A stretch of 64,000 nt of DNA from Octopus sinensis (GCF_006345805.1 NC_043013.1:18476001-18540000), one strand, 5' to 3'; shown: positions 39,126 through 53,458, numbered from the stretch's first letter. Notes: generated by a model not told the origin, from the letters alone. Numbers and translations are program-made.

Positions 39126-39646
39126 GTCGTCGTATTCTTCTTCAACAACCACGAATAGCAACAACTTCCCTAAAATTTCATGATTTTACAGTAAGAAAAC
39201 TTAAAGCTTCATTCTTTTGAGATTACGTCGGAAAAATTGTAAACAGTAGCAGTAATAAGAAACGGTGAGTGGCAGTAAGCTTATTGATGTGCGTCAGATA
39301 AAGGGATTTTGAGGAGAAAGTGAAAACATTCTCGGTCAATTGGTAAAACATGGAGGAGGAGAGACAGGGACGACGATTGCTAAGAATGCAGGATACATAC
39401 AGACAAAAAGATATACAATTATACATACATGCATACATACATACATACATATATATATGAAGATGTATATATACATGCACATATAAACATATACACACAT
39501 ATATATATACATGCGTACATACATTTATACGTATATATATATATATATATATGAATATGTATATATACATGCACATATAAACATATACACACACATATAT
39601 ATATATATACATGCGTACATACATTATACGTATATATATGTGTATA

Positions 39647-39728
<82 letters not shown>

Positions 39729-40123
39729 TATATGTATGTGTGTGTGTGTAGATGCATATAAAATTCATCCCCAACAATTATTCTGTAAGTGATTATAAAC
39801 TTTTCGGTTATGTAACAACCAAAGCAACGTCTGGACGGATCGAAATGACGTCCAAAGTTCTTTAATAAATCGTTGTTGTTGTTGTTGTTGTAGTTTTTGT
39901 TATGATAATTATTATTTATTTCTTTATGCATTGTGTTATGCCTTTTCTCCCTCCCCTCGTTTCTGAAACAGCTTCATGTTTCTTTTATCTTGTGACACCT
40001 CTCCTACCTGTTTGTACATGGGATTTGTGAGGAAGTAAACATTTTGATCACTACTCACACCGCCGATGCCAACGCCTCTCCTCCTCCTCCTCCTCCTCCT
40101 CCTCCTCCTCATTATTATTATTA

Positions 40124-40169
<46 letters not shown>

Positions 40170-40175
40170 CATCAT

Positions 40176-40281
40176 TTCAGGGCCAATAAACTAAGTATCA
40201 GTTGAGCACTGCGTTCGGCATAATGGACTTACACCCTCTCCCAAAACCCAAATTTCAGGCCTTGTGAAAGGATTATTATTA

Positions 40282-40339
<58 letters not shown>

Positions 40340-41010
40340 TTTATTACCATCATTAAGAAGGCAGTGAGCTAGCTGGCAGGATCGTTAGCGCGCCAGGCAA
40401 AATACCCAGCCGCATTTCGCCTCTGTTTACTTTCCAAGTTGAAATCTACCGAGGTCGACGTTGCCTTTCATCATTTTGGGGTTGATAAAATAAAATACCA
40501 GTCGAGCACTGGGGTCGATATAAATGACTAACCCTTCCCGCTAAGTTTCAGACCATGTGCGTATAACAGAAAGAATTATTTATATCATTATCAAGACAGC
40601 CAGCTGGCAGAATCGTTAGGACGCTGGGCAAGATGCTTAGCGGCATTACGTCCGTCTTTACGTTCTGAGTTCAAATTCAGCCCAGGCCGATATAATAAGC
40701 GTCGGCCCAGCACTGAGGCCGATATAATCAACTAACACCCTCCTTCCAAGTTTCAGGCCTTGTGTTTATAATAGAAAGGATTATTATTATTATTTCGGCA
40801 CTGAGCAGGCAAAATCGTTAACACACTGGGCAAAATGCCCAGCAACATCTATTATGTTCTAAGTTCGAATTCCACTGTAATCTAAATTGCCCTTCATCAT
40901 TTCAGGGCCAATAAACTAAGTATCAGTTGAGCACTGCGTTTGGCATAATGGACTTACACTCTCTTCCAAAACCCAAATTTCAGGCCTTGTGAAAGGATTA
41001 TTATTATTAT
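40176..41010 (+). mobile_element. Cluster of family B SINEs (tail type 2, (ATT)n ends) including a local duplication
   Basis: Heads at about 40360, 40595 and 40798. Segment 40176-40280 duplicates 40895-41000. Confidence 0.75.
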
Positions 41011-41014
41011 TATT

Positions 41015-42600
41015 CTATGTTTGACTTTTGCTTTATGTCTGTACAAGTTGGCTCCAAGTCTCACCCAGAGACCTCAAGAGACAACAGGTTGGAAGTTCTG
41101 TGCCATATATTTGGGTTATTTTTTTGCTGTTGTACTAGTGAATGTCTAATACATAAAAATAAAATTTAAAAAAAAGAATAAATAAATAAATAAAAAAAAG
41201 TTTGTTTTAAACCTTGGGATTACATAGAGAGTATTTTGCGTAGGATATGAGCAGTTTCCATGAGCACTATCTTTTGAATTTCTGCCATTTTGGGGTTTCC
41301 TGGTATCTGTGTTAGGTAGCAATCAGTCCCTTTCGCTATCATTCCCAGGGCACCTATGACAACAGGTATTGTTTTAGTCTTCAGCTTCCACATTTTGCTG
41401 ATTTCTATTTCAAGATCTTTATATTTGCTCAGTTTTTGGTAGGTCTTGACAGATACGTTTATATCGATTGGGACAGTCATATCAATGAGGAGGCATGTTC
41501 TTTGTCTGAAGTCTTTCATATGATGTCTGGCCTATTTGCATCTATCTTCCTGTCAGTTTGAATGGTGAAGTTCCAGAGGAGTGAGATGTGGTCATTTTAA
41601 GCACTGGAGGTGGATTGTGTTCCCACCAGTTTTTTTCATGGGGCAAATCCAGGTTTTTGCAAATTACCCAGTGAATATATTGTGAAGCTCTATCATGCCT
41701 ACTGAGGTACTCTGTAGGCGCTAGAAGACTGCATTTGGAGACAACATGATCAATGGTTTCATTTTGTTGTCGGCATACACGACATGTTGGGCTATTGCCG
41801 TTCTTTAATATGTTGGCCTGGTAGTTTCTTGTTGGTAGGCATTGATCTTGAGCTGCCATGATAAACCCCTCTGTTTCAGATTTTAATCCAGAGGCCATTA
41901 GCCATTGATGGGTCAGGGTTTTGTCAATATCTGCATTATTCGCTCTCTTTGGGTATTTGCCATAGAGAGGTTATTCTTGCCATTTATTATTCAGAATATC
42001 TAAGGCCGCAGTTTTGGCACGGGTTTTCATGGGCCTAGCTTTTTCTGTGCTTGTTTCTTGTATGTCTATCTCTAATTCCGAAATTGGTTGTATTCGGAAT
42101 TCACTTAGATATTCCTTTGCCTGTTTTGTGACTGAGTATGATGTTTTCTTGTTTTCATGTTTTGAGACAAGTTTTAACATCCAGTCCTCAGAGTTTTTCA
42201 GGTAGGTGTCTAGGCCAATTGTAGCAATCTTCATTGTTATTGCCGTTGCAAAAGACCATGGCCTCCCTCTTTTCTTGGCAGATAGAGTCGTTCTGTATCT
42301 GCCTTAAGGTGGTGCATTCTATGCATTGTCAACAGTTTCCTTATTTTTCTGTCGAGCTGACATATTTCAGTAATTGACCAGTTAACAATATTGAAACTGT
42401 AAGTCACGACTGGTATGGCTAATGCATTGATCGCTTCGATCCTGTTTCTTGCATTCAGCTCTGTCTTGAGTATTGCTCTCACTCTTCGATAGCATTCTCT
42501 CCTGATCCTTTCCTTCATCTCTGAATGCCTTATTCCGTTCCCTTCAATTACCCCTAGGTACTTGTAGCTGTCCGCTGGGTCTAGTTCTTTTATGACATTC
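41015..42600 (-). mobile_element. R4/Dong-clade non-LTR retrotransposon, 5'-truncated (copy 2)
   Basis: YKYLG (RT domain 7), RLYLPRKEGGHGL, LKSETEGFIMAAQDQ, CRVC...H...C knuckle, RPDIILKD...IDMTVP...KLSKY endonuclease, ending ILRKILSM* at 41220. (TAA)n on both sides. Confidence 0.92.
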
Positions 42601-42626
42601 TATTATTATTATTAATATTATTATTA

Positions 42627-42669
<43 letters not shown>

Positions 42670-42710
42670 ATCCTCTTCCTCCTCCTCCTCCTCCTCCTCC
42701 TCCTCATCAT

Positions 42711-42742
<32 letters not shown>

Positions 42743-42798
42743 TTATTATTATTGTTATTATTATTATTATTATTATTATATTATTATTATTATTATTA

Positions 42799-43088
42799 CT
42801 AGCAGTACCGCCCGGCGTTGCTCGGGTTTGTTTCGACCCTTTAGAAATGGAATTTTTGAAAAGTAAAAATTTTGCATTACGTAGCTTGTTATTCTCTTTA
42901 AGTGAACATTTTTCTGGTTGAAATACACCGAAGAATAGCGACACAGCAGTAAAAAATCGTATAAAATAGGGATTTTCATAGAAAAAAGCCCCTTTTTGAT
43001 GTAAATAATTTTTGGTGTTAACATGGTCCGATTTGAATTTTTTCTTCTATGGAAGGAAGAGCAAGCCTTCGTCTATCACACTCTCAAT
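42799..43088 (-). mobile_element. Non-autonomous Helitron-like element
   Basis: The minus strand ends CCCGAGCAACGCCGGGCGGTACTGCTAG|T. It shares this terminus and a distal TTTTGGT..A.CT.GC.CCGCAA motif with 48888-49223. Confidence 0.6.
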
Positions 43089-43857
43089 TTTGGTCAACTT
43101 GCGCCGCAATAAAAGCAGCTATAATAGAAAGATGACTACGAAAAAAAGAGTCCCTCCCAAGTGCATTCTCATGATCTTTAAGTAGCCAGATAGGCGTGGT
43201 CGGCTCCCCACAGAAACAATAGATGACATATAGCCAAATACTCCGATGGAAAACTACTGGCCAAAAGCCAAGCCAACGAGTGAGTTTTTAAACTGTTGCT
43301 TTATAATACAGAAATAGCAACCAAATATTCCCCAAAATACAACCTACAACCATAAAAGGGAAGGATACATTATGTAAATGCACAATATCAAATGCATCTA
43401 AATAAAACTGGTAGTCGTAGATTGAATCACATTGATCATAGTTCTGCTCCATTATGGTTAACCTGTGGAAAAAATAAAAGCATTAAAAACAAATTACAAA
43501 AAATAAAACACCCAAATCAAAACGTTGATCGACGCATATTTTAGAAGACCAAGTGAAATCCAAAAGTCTGACTGACATATGACAACAAATCCGAGGAACA
43601 GAAAAAGACACAACACAATGTGATTCCAATGGTCACGTTTGGATTATTGTACCCAGTTTCTTTTTTATACCAAGGGAAAAGGTGAAGAAACGTACCTTCA
43701 AAGACGCAAGGAAAATGTTTCTTCTAACATTGTGCTAAAGTTGAGGACATGTTCGCAATCACTTGACTGCTATAAATCGGAATATGTCTCATATGTCACA
43801 ACAGGCGTCTTTCGACTAGGACGAATTAAAACTCAGCTGGCATGTTAGGAATGTGCT

Positions 43858-43911
<54 letters not shown>

Positions 43912-44041
43912 TATATATTATATATATATATATATATATGTATTTATATATATGTATATATATATACACACATCTGTACCTATGTATTGGCTTAAGTTTT
44001 TCATTGTTTGATTTGCCTAATATGGTTTTGTCTCTAATTTA

Positions 44042-44103
<62 letters not shown>

Positions 44104-44104
44104 T

Positions 44105-44480
44105 ATAAAAATACAAACTAGGACAAGAACGTAAAACATTTTGAAGACGATACAAAAAACACGGACGGGACATTCGAAGCCTTCAATCTTCAGATAAGAA
44201 CCGGATCATCCTCGCAATTTCGGCTGAATAATCTTGAGATTGCTCCAATCTGGTCAGCCCCAAAGAAAAACTAAGCTAAGCGCATTAGAGTCCTTGGAAG
44301 AAAGCTTCGAATTTATACAAAACAGGACAGAAAAACGGACGATGTTACACGAATATGAATACAAAAATAATACGTAAAAACAATAATAATATAATAACGA
44401 TAACAGGACATCACAAACAGGCGTCTTTCGACTAGGACGAATTAAATTCAGCTGGCGTGTTAGGAATGTGCCTTATATAT
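44105..44480 (-). repeat. Family D repeat
   Basis: Reverse-complement homolog of 24185-24580, embedded between (TA)n tracts. Confidence 0.7.
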
Positions 44481-44507
44481 ATAATATATATATATTACAT
44501 ATATATG

Positions 44508-44599
<92 letters not shown>

Positions 44600-44620
44600 A
44601 TTTCTATATATATATATGTA

Positions 44621-44752
44621 TATAAAATATTATTAGAGACAAAACCACTATTTTGCAAAACAAACAAGGAAGACTTAAAATTTTATGTATTGATTAAGTC
44701 TTTCCTTGTTTGTTTTGCAAAATAGTGGTTTTGTCTCTAATAATATTTTATA
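44621..44752. repeat. Inverted repeat, 58/59-bp arms, 15-nt spacer
   Basis: The arms are identical except for one extra T. The right arm resembles 43995-44045. Confidence 0.92.
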
Positions 44753-45530
44753 ATATTTTACTATAAAATTGGATTTAATCCTAAATCTGATTTTTTCCCT
44801 GTAAATTTTGGATTTATTCCCTAATATTTATTATTATATATATATGTATATATATATATACACACATATGTACCTATATATGTATATAGTCAATATACAT
44901 ATGTACCTATATATGTATGCATATATATAAATGTATATATATATACATATATATATGTATATATATATAAATGTATATATATACACACATATATATATGT
45001 ATATATGTGTATATATGTGTGTGTGTGTCTATCAATGTATATATATGTGTGTATATATGTATATATGTATTCAAGCACACATATGGCTGTATGCGCAATC
45101 CTGTATGCTCACGTTACATTTTTTCTGTTCCTAGTACCAAGTAACCTAAGTAAAAGTTGTCTGTTAATAATGTCTATCCGATCTGTCTATTATTTCTTCT
45201 CCTCACGCCAATCACGCCACCAGGTTAATGTTTTTCTCCATAATGTAAAGATATAATCACAATTACGGGTCCATACACCAATCTTCATTCTCTATCACTT
45301 AATTCTGTTGTATAGAGCGTTAAGATAATATAGTTACTGATACATTCTTTTGTGTCATACACACACACACGCACACTCACACACATACATACATATGTAC
45401 ATACATACATACATGCATACATACATACATACATACACACACATACATACATTCATACATACATATATATAGAGACACAAACTTACACAGATAGAAGTAA
45501 ACATTTAAATATACATATATGTGTATATAT

Positions 45531-45577
<47 letters not shown>

Positions 45578-45605
45578 GTATATATGTATATATGTATATT
45601 GTGTG

Positions 45606-45652
<47 letters not shown>

Positions 45653-45808
45653 CATATTGTGTGTGTGTGTGTGTACATACAAACACAATATTTTCTATGT
45701 TTTACCTCTTAATACTGTTGTAGATAAAGTAGAGGTAATGCAATTAACTGATACTCTAATCTCCCCCTCTGTCTAGCTGTCTATCTATCTATTTGTCTGT
45801 CTCTCTCG

Positions 45809-45862
<54 letters not shown>

Positions 45863-46828
45863 GTACACATTTATATCTATAGATACATACACACACACAC
45901 GCATATATATATGTATATATATATACATACATATATACATATATATACATACATACATACATATCTATTGCACACAATGTCTTCTACATCCTAATACTAT
46001 TGCCCATAACGTATAGATATTCTCGTAATTACACACCCATTCATCTCATACATACTCTATATCCAATACTGCCACGCCACCCCGCCATCAACTGACCCCG
46101 CCCCCCCACATCTTATCTCTTAATTTTATTGTCTGTTAATGCTAAAAGACAATTCTTAATCTCAATTGCTCTAAAGCTGAAAAGTAAAAGCAAGGCAACG
46201 TTGAAATATTTAGTGGTTCAGTTTGAGAAATGCTGCGATAAATACCATTTCGAAGACGACCAGGAATCTTGTGTTCTTCCTTAGAATCTCACACAATCAT
46301 TCGCTCCCTCCTTGTTCTCGTCCTCCACGTCCTTTAACAATTTTATTGCATCCTGATCACGTCCTCAGTTCATTACTCTCAGCTTTGAAGAGCTACTTTG
46401 CCTCTTTACTGTCCACACATATCGGTGTGTTGGCGCGCATATTATTGTTTATGTGTGTGTATATATGAATGTATGATTACATGTATGTATGTATGTATGT
46501 ATGTATGTATGTATGTATGTATGTATGTATGTATGTATGCATGTATGTATGTATGTATGTATGTATGTATGTATGTATGTATGTATGTATGTATGTATAT
46601 GTGTGTGTGTGTACTTGTGTATGTGTGTATATGTACGTGTATGTACCTCTATCACTCCACATACAGGAACGCGTTTATTATCACACATCCAGGTGATTTT
46701 TTCTTCTTTATCTTAATTTATTTCATATTATGTTGGTCTTTCCTTCACTGACGCTACAACGTCATTGTTACCGTCGTCGATGTTATTGTCGTCGTCAGCA
46801 TCATTATCATATCTATTTGTCCTTGTAT

Positions 46829-46861
<33 letters not shown>

Positions 46862-46883
46862 TATATACATATATATTTATATG

Positions 46884-46933
<50 letters not shown>

Positions 46934-47867
46934 TACATACATGCATACATACATACATAATACATATATATATACACATATATAACATATATGTTTTTAT
47001 ATATATATACCCACCTACACACAAATATATGTACACACACATGTATATATATATAAGTAAATATATATATACGCATACACACAGATACATATATATGAGA
47101 ATATATATATGCGTATATATGTGTGTGTGTGTGAGTGTGTATACACACACACACACACACACACACATACACATATATAATACATATGCACTCGGCTTTC
47201 GGCTTTTCGGATTTACTTCAATCTTCTTCTTCTCTCAAAGCTTTCTGTGTAGATTACAATTACATTTCAAAAACCAGAACCGAACCGACCATATTATTCG
47301 GTAATCACATTCTTCAGCACCAAACAAAAACACACAAAAATAAATATACGAGTGAGAGAGAGAGAGAGAGAGGGGGGAAAGAGAGAGAGAGAAAGAGGGA
47401 GAGATAGAGAAAGGAAGAGGGGGTAATGAGAGGCAACATGAAATTATATCTTATTGTCCACCCCAGCGTCGCTCCTATATCCTCCTGTCCCCTTTTTAAC
47501 TGAAAACTACTTAATACAATAGAGAGAAACTGGCTGAGATTCACTGGAAATAAGTACACTCTGTTACAATCCCTAAAATAATAAAGAATGACAACGCCAT
47601 TATCACACGAATTTATCTCCTTATGGGTGTGTGTGCGTGTGTGCATGTGTATGTGCGTGTGTGTGTGTGTTGTGTGTGTGAGCGTGTATGCGTGTGTATG
47701 TGCGTGTGCGCACACGCGTGATAGTGATGTAGTCTATGTGTGTATATATTATGGCTATACATGTATATGCACAACTACACACAAATATCTATGTATGCAT
47801 GTGTATGCATACATATATATTCGCATACGTATACATCTGTGTGTGTGTGTGTTTTAGTGTGGGTATA

Positions 47868-47947
<80 letters not shown>

Positions 47948-48052
47948 TAGGTATGGACATACATAAAAATACATGCACATATATGTATATATAACTCTGT
48001 GTGTGTATATACATGTATCTATCTATATATATATATATATAATATGTATATA

Positions 48053-48105
<53 letters not shown>

Positions 48106-48887
48106 TATATATATATATATATATTATCTGTACTGATATGATGGTACATATAGATACATTCATGATTATATGCATACGTGTGTATGTTTATAGATGTTTG
48201 AACGTATGCACGTATATATACATGTCTGTGTGTGTGTGTGTGTGTGTACACACAGTATATGTTTGTGTACTCGACCATAACAAAAAAACATGACACACTT
48301 TCTCTCTCTCTCTTTTCTCTCTCCACCTCCTCTCTCTCTCCCGTGGCACTATCACTGACACCTCCATCGTCGAATCCACCGCCGCGCCCAACTATGCCTC
48401 CACCACCGCCTCCACCGTCGTTTCCATCTCGGGCTCGACCATCGGTTCACCCGTTGCCATCGCCATCGCCGCCGCCACAGCCACCCCTCCCCCGCAGGCG
48501 ATGTCCAGTGATTTACAAGAGAAGTAAATGATATTCACCCGAAAGCCAAAAAAAACCTTCAAAGTAATTTCCTGGTTAAGTTAGAACTGTGTCAAAATAA
48601 ATGTTAACTTGCAAAATTTACCACGACTAAATCTGTATAAAGATTAATTAACTACACTCTAAATTGTTCGATTATTCCTGGTTTCAGGGTAAAAAAGATT
48701 AGATTTCTTTTAATGATAGACAGGAAGAAAGAGGAAAAGCAAATAAAAAACAAAAGAAATAAATAAAATAAGTAAAACAAATAATGCTTATTTTCTTGTT
48801 ATAAAGATGTTTGGGCTGTTTTAAGTACAACATGGCGTTTCTAGTTAGAAGAGCATTAAAAAAAGATACGGTAAAAATTTATAAACC

Positions 48888-49223
48888 ACTATCAGTATCG
48901 CCCGGCGTTGCTCGGGTTTGTAAGGGAAATAACTATATAAGCATTTTTAGAGATGTAAAGTATAATAGCCATCTCAATATGGCTAACCACAAAAGGGGGG
49001 GTGTTACTGTAGCATTTTACGTTCTGAGATTTAATAATAAATTTTTAGAGAGTTACTTCCCTTATATATGCCAAAAATGCATTAAAAATGGGAAAAATTG
49101 ATGGTAAATTTTTTTAAAAATCGTAGACTCATCGTAGACGCGCACTAATACCCAGAAGGGCTCGATATGAATCACGACTATAAGATACCCGGTTTTGGTT
49201 AAACTGCACCGCAAAATGTGGGA
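48888..49223 (-). mobile_element. Non-autonomous Helitron-like element
   Basis: CGCCCGGCGTTGCTCGGGTTTG is identical to the 42799 copy. The CTAG is mutated. Confidence 0.55.
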
Positions 49224-52200
49224 TAGACCAACACCAACACCGAGGACGACAATTAAAAAGACAGAAAACAGTGACGAGAAGACAAATTCTACCCCTAACA
49301 CCACAACAACACAAACACCGCACAAAACATCAACAATTTCTACAAGCATACATATTAACGCAAATGCTTTGCCTTTACCCCCTTCTGATTCGTCGGACGA
49401 CGAAAGTTCGACGGAATGGCAAATAGCCACAAGGGGTAAAAGGAAAAGATCAAAAAAAGCCCACCAACAAGGAAGTAAAGCAGGAGATATTTAACTCCGG
49501 ACAGCATCCCCTAGACAATCAAAAAATCAATGAACCGCAAAAACCACACACAACTAACTGCAATAGACATAGACAATAAAAAATAATGGATTACATTGCA
49601 TCCAACACGGACATCTGTGAAGATGACTTTAAGACAAACAATCATCCGCGCACCACACCACCGAAACACATAAGAATTGTACACATAACACAAACACAAC
49701 ACCATACACTGAAAACAATATTTCCAAATGCGGTAGGCGGGTTTCAACGATACCTCTCCAAAAACTATACAAACACCTCCTCAAAGACACTACAAAAGAA
49801 GAAGAAAAAATGAAACTTTCGAAATGAGTAAGTGACCTTCCCTCTTGCCTCTTGTCTCTTCCAATGTAGTGTGTGAAACACAAATTTCGTAAACGTCAAT
49901 TATGCTTAAATTAGGTTGTGTGAATGCGCGTGGCTTGGCGTCGGCTTGGAAGCAAGGTTACCTTCTAAACGACTAAACGTGGATATAGTAGCTATTAGTG
50001 AAACCAGACTCAGCAAGCCGCGGGCCCTCGCGTCCATGTTTGGCGATCAATTCGACATTTATTTTTCTCCCTGTATGCCGAACATGGGTGGTGGAGGTAC
50101 CGCGGTGCTTTTTCGAAAGAGTCTAAATGTAAAAGTAAGAACAATATTCCTAGACCCGGAGGGTAGGCTGGTTGTCTTGGACGTGGATGGCAGAAATGGG
50201 TGTGCATTGCGTCTGATGGCAGTTTATGCACCGTCCTTAACGGGTCGGGCGGATTTCTTCAGACGTCTAGAGGTTTTCCTGGGTACGTCTAGACCTTTAC
50301 TGTTAGTAGGGGATTGGAACGCTACCTTGGACACGCATCTAGATTATGTGGGAATGGATAGGAATAGAAGGGGGTGTAAGTGCCTCAAAGACCTACTCAG
50401 ACGTTTCCATTTGTCTGACAGGTTCCGACTCGACCATCCGAACGTGCCAAACCGCGTCGGATCGTCGAGATCTTATCTAGATAGAATTCTATGCAGGACA
50501 GCGGATAGGGATAGTGTAGGATGTCCACAATTTAAAATAGTCAGCTACACAGATCACAAATTTGTGACGTGTACGCTCGACTTAGATAAGACACATAGAC
50601 AGGGTCCCGGTTACTGGAAACTGAACACGTCGCTCTTAGCGCGACAGGTTTACAGGAACCGGATTAGAGAGGGCGCTGACGGGAGCCGTCGTTAACAACC
50701 GCTGGTGGTTCGCCCTGAAAATGGCAATAAAATCGGAATCAATTAGGTTTAGCAAGGAATTAGCGATATATCGAAATAGAGTAGAGGGAGACCTGGTTAA
50801 GAAACTAGAAGAGGCACTTACCACTGGCAGCGCAACCAACGTGCTGGCTGCGAGGATGGCCCTCGACCAACACCTAAACGCCAAGCTCGAAGGTTGCGTC
50901 GTCAGAGCAAAAATGCGTGGCTTAAGGAACGAAGGGATCGAAGCTGCGCGAGAGGCCCGGGTAGCGGAGGCGCAGCGTGGCAACAGAGCCACCATTCGGT
51001 CTCTAATAGATCAACAGGGATGCAGTTTACTCGAACCCGAAAGGATCTGTGACGCCTTTCAACAGCACTTTGCTCGACTGTTTGGTGCGAGTGGTGGGTC
51101 GGAACGGGATGGATTTCAGTGCCTACCTGACCGACCTGCCGCGGCTCTCGGCAAGAGAAGCGGAGTGTTGTGAAAGTCCCATCACAGCCGCTGACGTGCG
51201 GGATGCGATGGCGGGCTGCGCGAGGGATAAGTCGCCTGGATTGGATGGTTTACCCTACGAGCTGTATTGTCAAATGCCAGACTTGTTTGGCGACCTCTTG
51301 GCATCTGTCTACTGTAACTGGCAACAAAACGGGAGAATCCCCGGTTTCGTGAGACAAGGTGCAGTGACGTTGCTGAAGAAAGACCCAAACAAGGGGAATT
51401 TTATAGATAATTTCAGGCCCATCACTCTGCTCAACGCAGATTTGAAAATTTTGGCCAAAGTAATATCCGAGAGGTTGGCGCTTGTCATTGGTAAACTGGT
51501 CGACAGGGCGCAAACATGCGCCGTGCCGGGCAGAACCATACATGACAACCTCCATCTGATGCGCTACATTGTGGACAGGGTAGTTAAGGATCCTGGCATG
51601 GGTGGGGCGCTGATCAATTTGGATCAGTCTAAAGCCTTCGATAGGGTCGACCATCGGTACTTGGCGGCCGTCCTCAGGGCGGCTGGCTTCGGTCCCATCT
51701 TCCGCGGTTGGATCGCTGCCTTGTATAGTGGCATCCGATCGGTGATTCGTGTGAACGGTCACCTGTCGAAACTGTTTGACATCACGCGTTCGGTCCGTCA
51801 GGGGTGTCCCCTGTCGGCGCTTCTGTATGTATTGACTCTCGAGCCTCCAAATGGATAAGAAGTGGGACAAGATCACGAGTAGAGTGGTCGCTCTCAGCCA
51901 AACATGGGCCGAGAAAAAGCTGTCTCTAAAAGGCCGGGCGGAGGTGACCGTCGTACCTTGTCTCGACGCCACCGTCACCAAACTGGAACGCATACTCTTC
52001 CGCTTCCTGTGGAAGGGTGGCGTTCCGATGGTGAGGAAGTCCATTTGCTGTCAACATCCGTTGAATGGAGGACTGGGCATGCCGTGGTTGATGATGCGCA
52101 GGCGTGCGCTGAGACTGCGACATCTCTGGAACTTCATCGACGACGGTGAACAGGTGTGGGCGCCGTTTGTGAGGCGCGCCTTCCCGCAGCTCGTCTCACT

Positions 52201-53106
52201 GACCAAACTGCAAACGTGGATCAAGAAGAGACCGAAACTGGGCGATTGGCACCGAGAGTGTCGCCAAGCTCTACAGCAGCTCTGCCGACCGGGGTCAAAC
52301 TTGCGCAACTTACAAACGACTAAAGCAGTGCTATCGAGACGCACTACCTGTTCGAGAGAAGAGCTACAGACACGGTTCGAAAACCATCACCGGACCGACC
52401 TGCCCGAGATGCGGTCAGAGCGACGAAACCGTTCTGCACGCACTTGTGCAGTGTCCAGATATTTCAGTGCTGTGGACCTTCGTCGAACAGCTGTTGTCAC
52501 GTGTAGGTCAGGCCCGCCTATCGGCCGAGTCTATCGTTATTATAGTTCCACCACCTTCCTTTAAACGGGAAGGGAAAACGGTTTTCGTTACGCTGATGGC
52601 TATGGCGAAAGAATGTGTGGTGGACGCGTTTGAAAGGACTGCAAACAAACATCTTCCTCTCTCGTTAGTCTCTCGTCAACTTTTTCAAGTACCACTTGAA
52701 ACGGAGGATGAGAATAGAGAGGAAGGCTTTGTCGAACGAATGTTTTAATAAAAAGTGGGTAAAAGTGGCAAAAATGGTCAGTATGAAAGACGACACTATT
52801 TTAAGCATAAATCTGTAACCAAAAGAGACAACGAGAAGTAAGGCGACTTACTCATGTGTTCATTTTTGAACTGTCTGAGGTGACCTTGGTCTTTTTTGTA
52901 GGTTTTTCTTTCCAAGGCTACACCTAAACTGTGAACTTTATATATATATATATATTGCTTTTTTATATACCACACAACCCACAGATCCCTATTGATCAAA
53001 CGTTTTTTTTTGTGCCCCACCCATCCCACCTCCAAAAGAAAAAATTCTACATTGTATTTCGTCCATTTTTATTCTGTGTGTAGCCCTGTGTGGCTACAAT
53101 AAAAAG
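49224..53106 (+). mobile_element. Tx1/L1-clade LINE, 5'-truncated in ORF1, with (TATC)n tail
   Basis: Decayed ORF1 end (EWQIATRGKRKR), then ORF2, then a ~290-bp 3' UTR ending AGCC-ctgtgt-GGCT-acAATAAA and (TATC)n at 53107-53188. Confidence 0.9.
49902..52818 (+). pseudogene. Tx1-like ORF2: AP endonuclease + RT + CCHC, frameshifted, catalytic YADD region deleted
   Basis: MLKLGCVNARG, AISETR, VYAP, GDWN, YLDRIL, YTDH, GPGYWKLN, KSPGLDG, NFRPITLLNADLKILAK, LDQSKAFDRVDH, VRQGCPLS, and the knuckle CPRCGQSDETVLHALVQC at 52401. Confidence 0.92.
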
Positions 53107-53188
<82 letters not shown>

Positions 53189-53244
53189 AAGACATATACG
53201 TATATATATAAAATATATACGCATAAATATACATATGTAATACA

Positions 53245-53449
53245 CAGGGTTGGCCAAAAGTCATCTAAAGAAAAAATTATGTTATATGAGAGTTCGCTAA
53301 TAAAAAGACAAATATTGAAAACAAAAAGGGGGATTTTAACTGAGCGCATTCAATTATTAAATATTTATAATTGGAATGAATAAATAAAATTGAATATTAA
53401 GTATTTATGGAAATTTGATTTACTGTCGGGTGACTTTTGTCCAACCCTG
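53245..53449. mobile_element. Tc1/mariner-type MITE, 205 bp
   Basis: 19-bp TIRs CAGGGTTGGCCAAAAGTCA / TGACTTTTGTCCAACCCTG (one mismatch). TA on the right, CA on the left. Confidence 0.85.
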
Positions 53450-53458
53450 TATATATGA

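Noticed and set aside
38582-39220. Poly-Asp ORF resembling acidic biomineralisation proteins
   Set aside because: It is a (GAT)n microsatellite that is open in most frames, with no signal peptide and no splice context.
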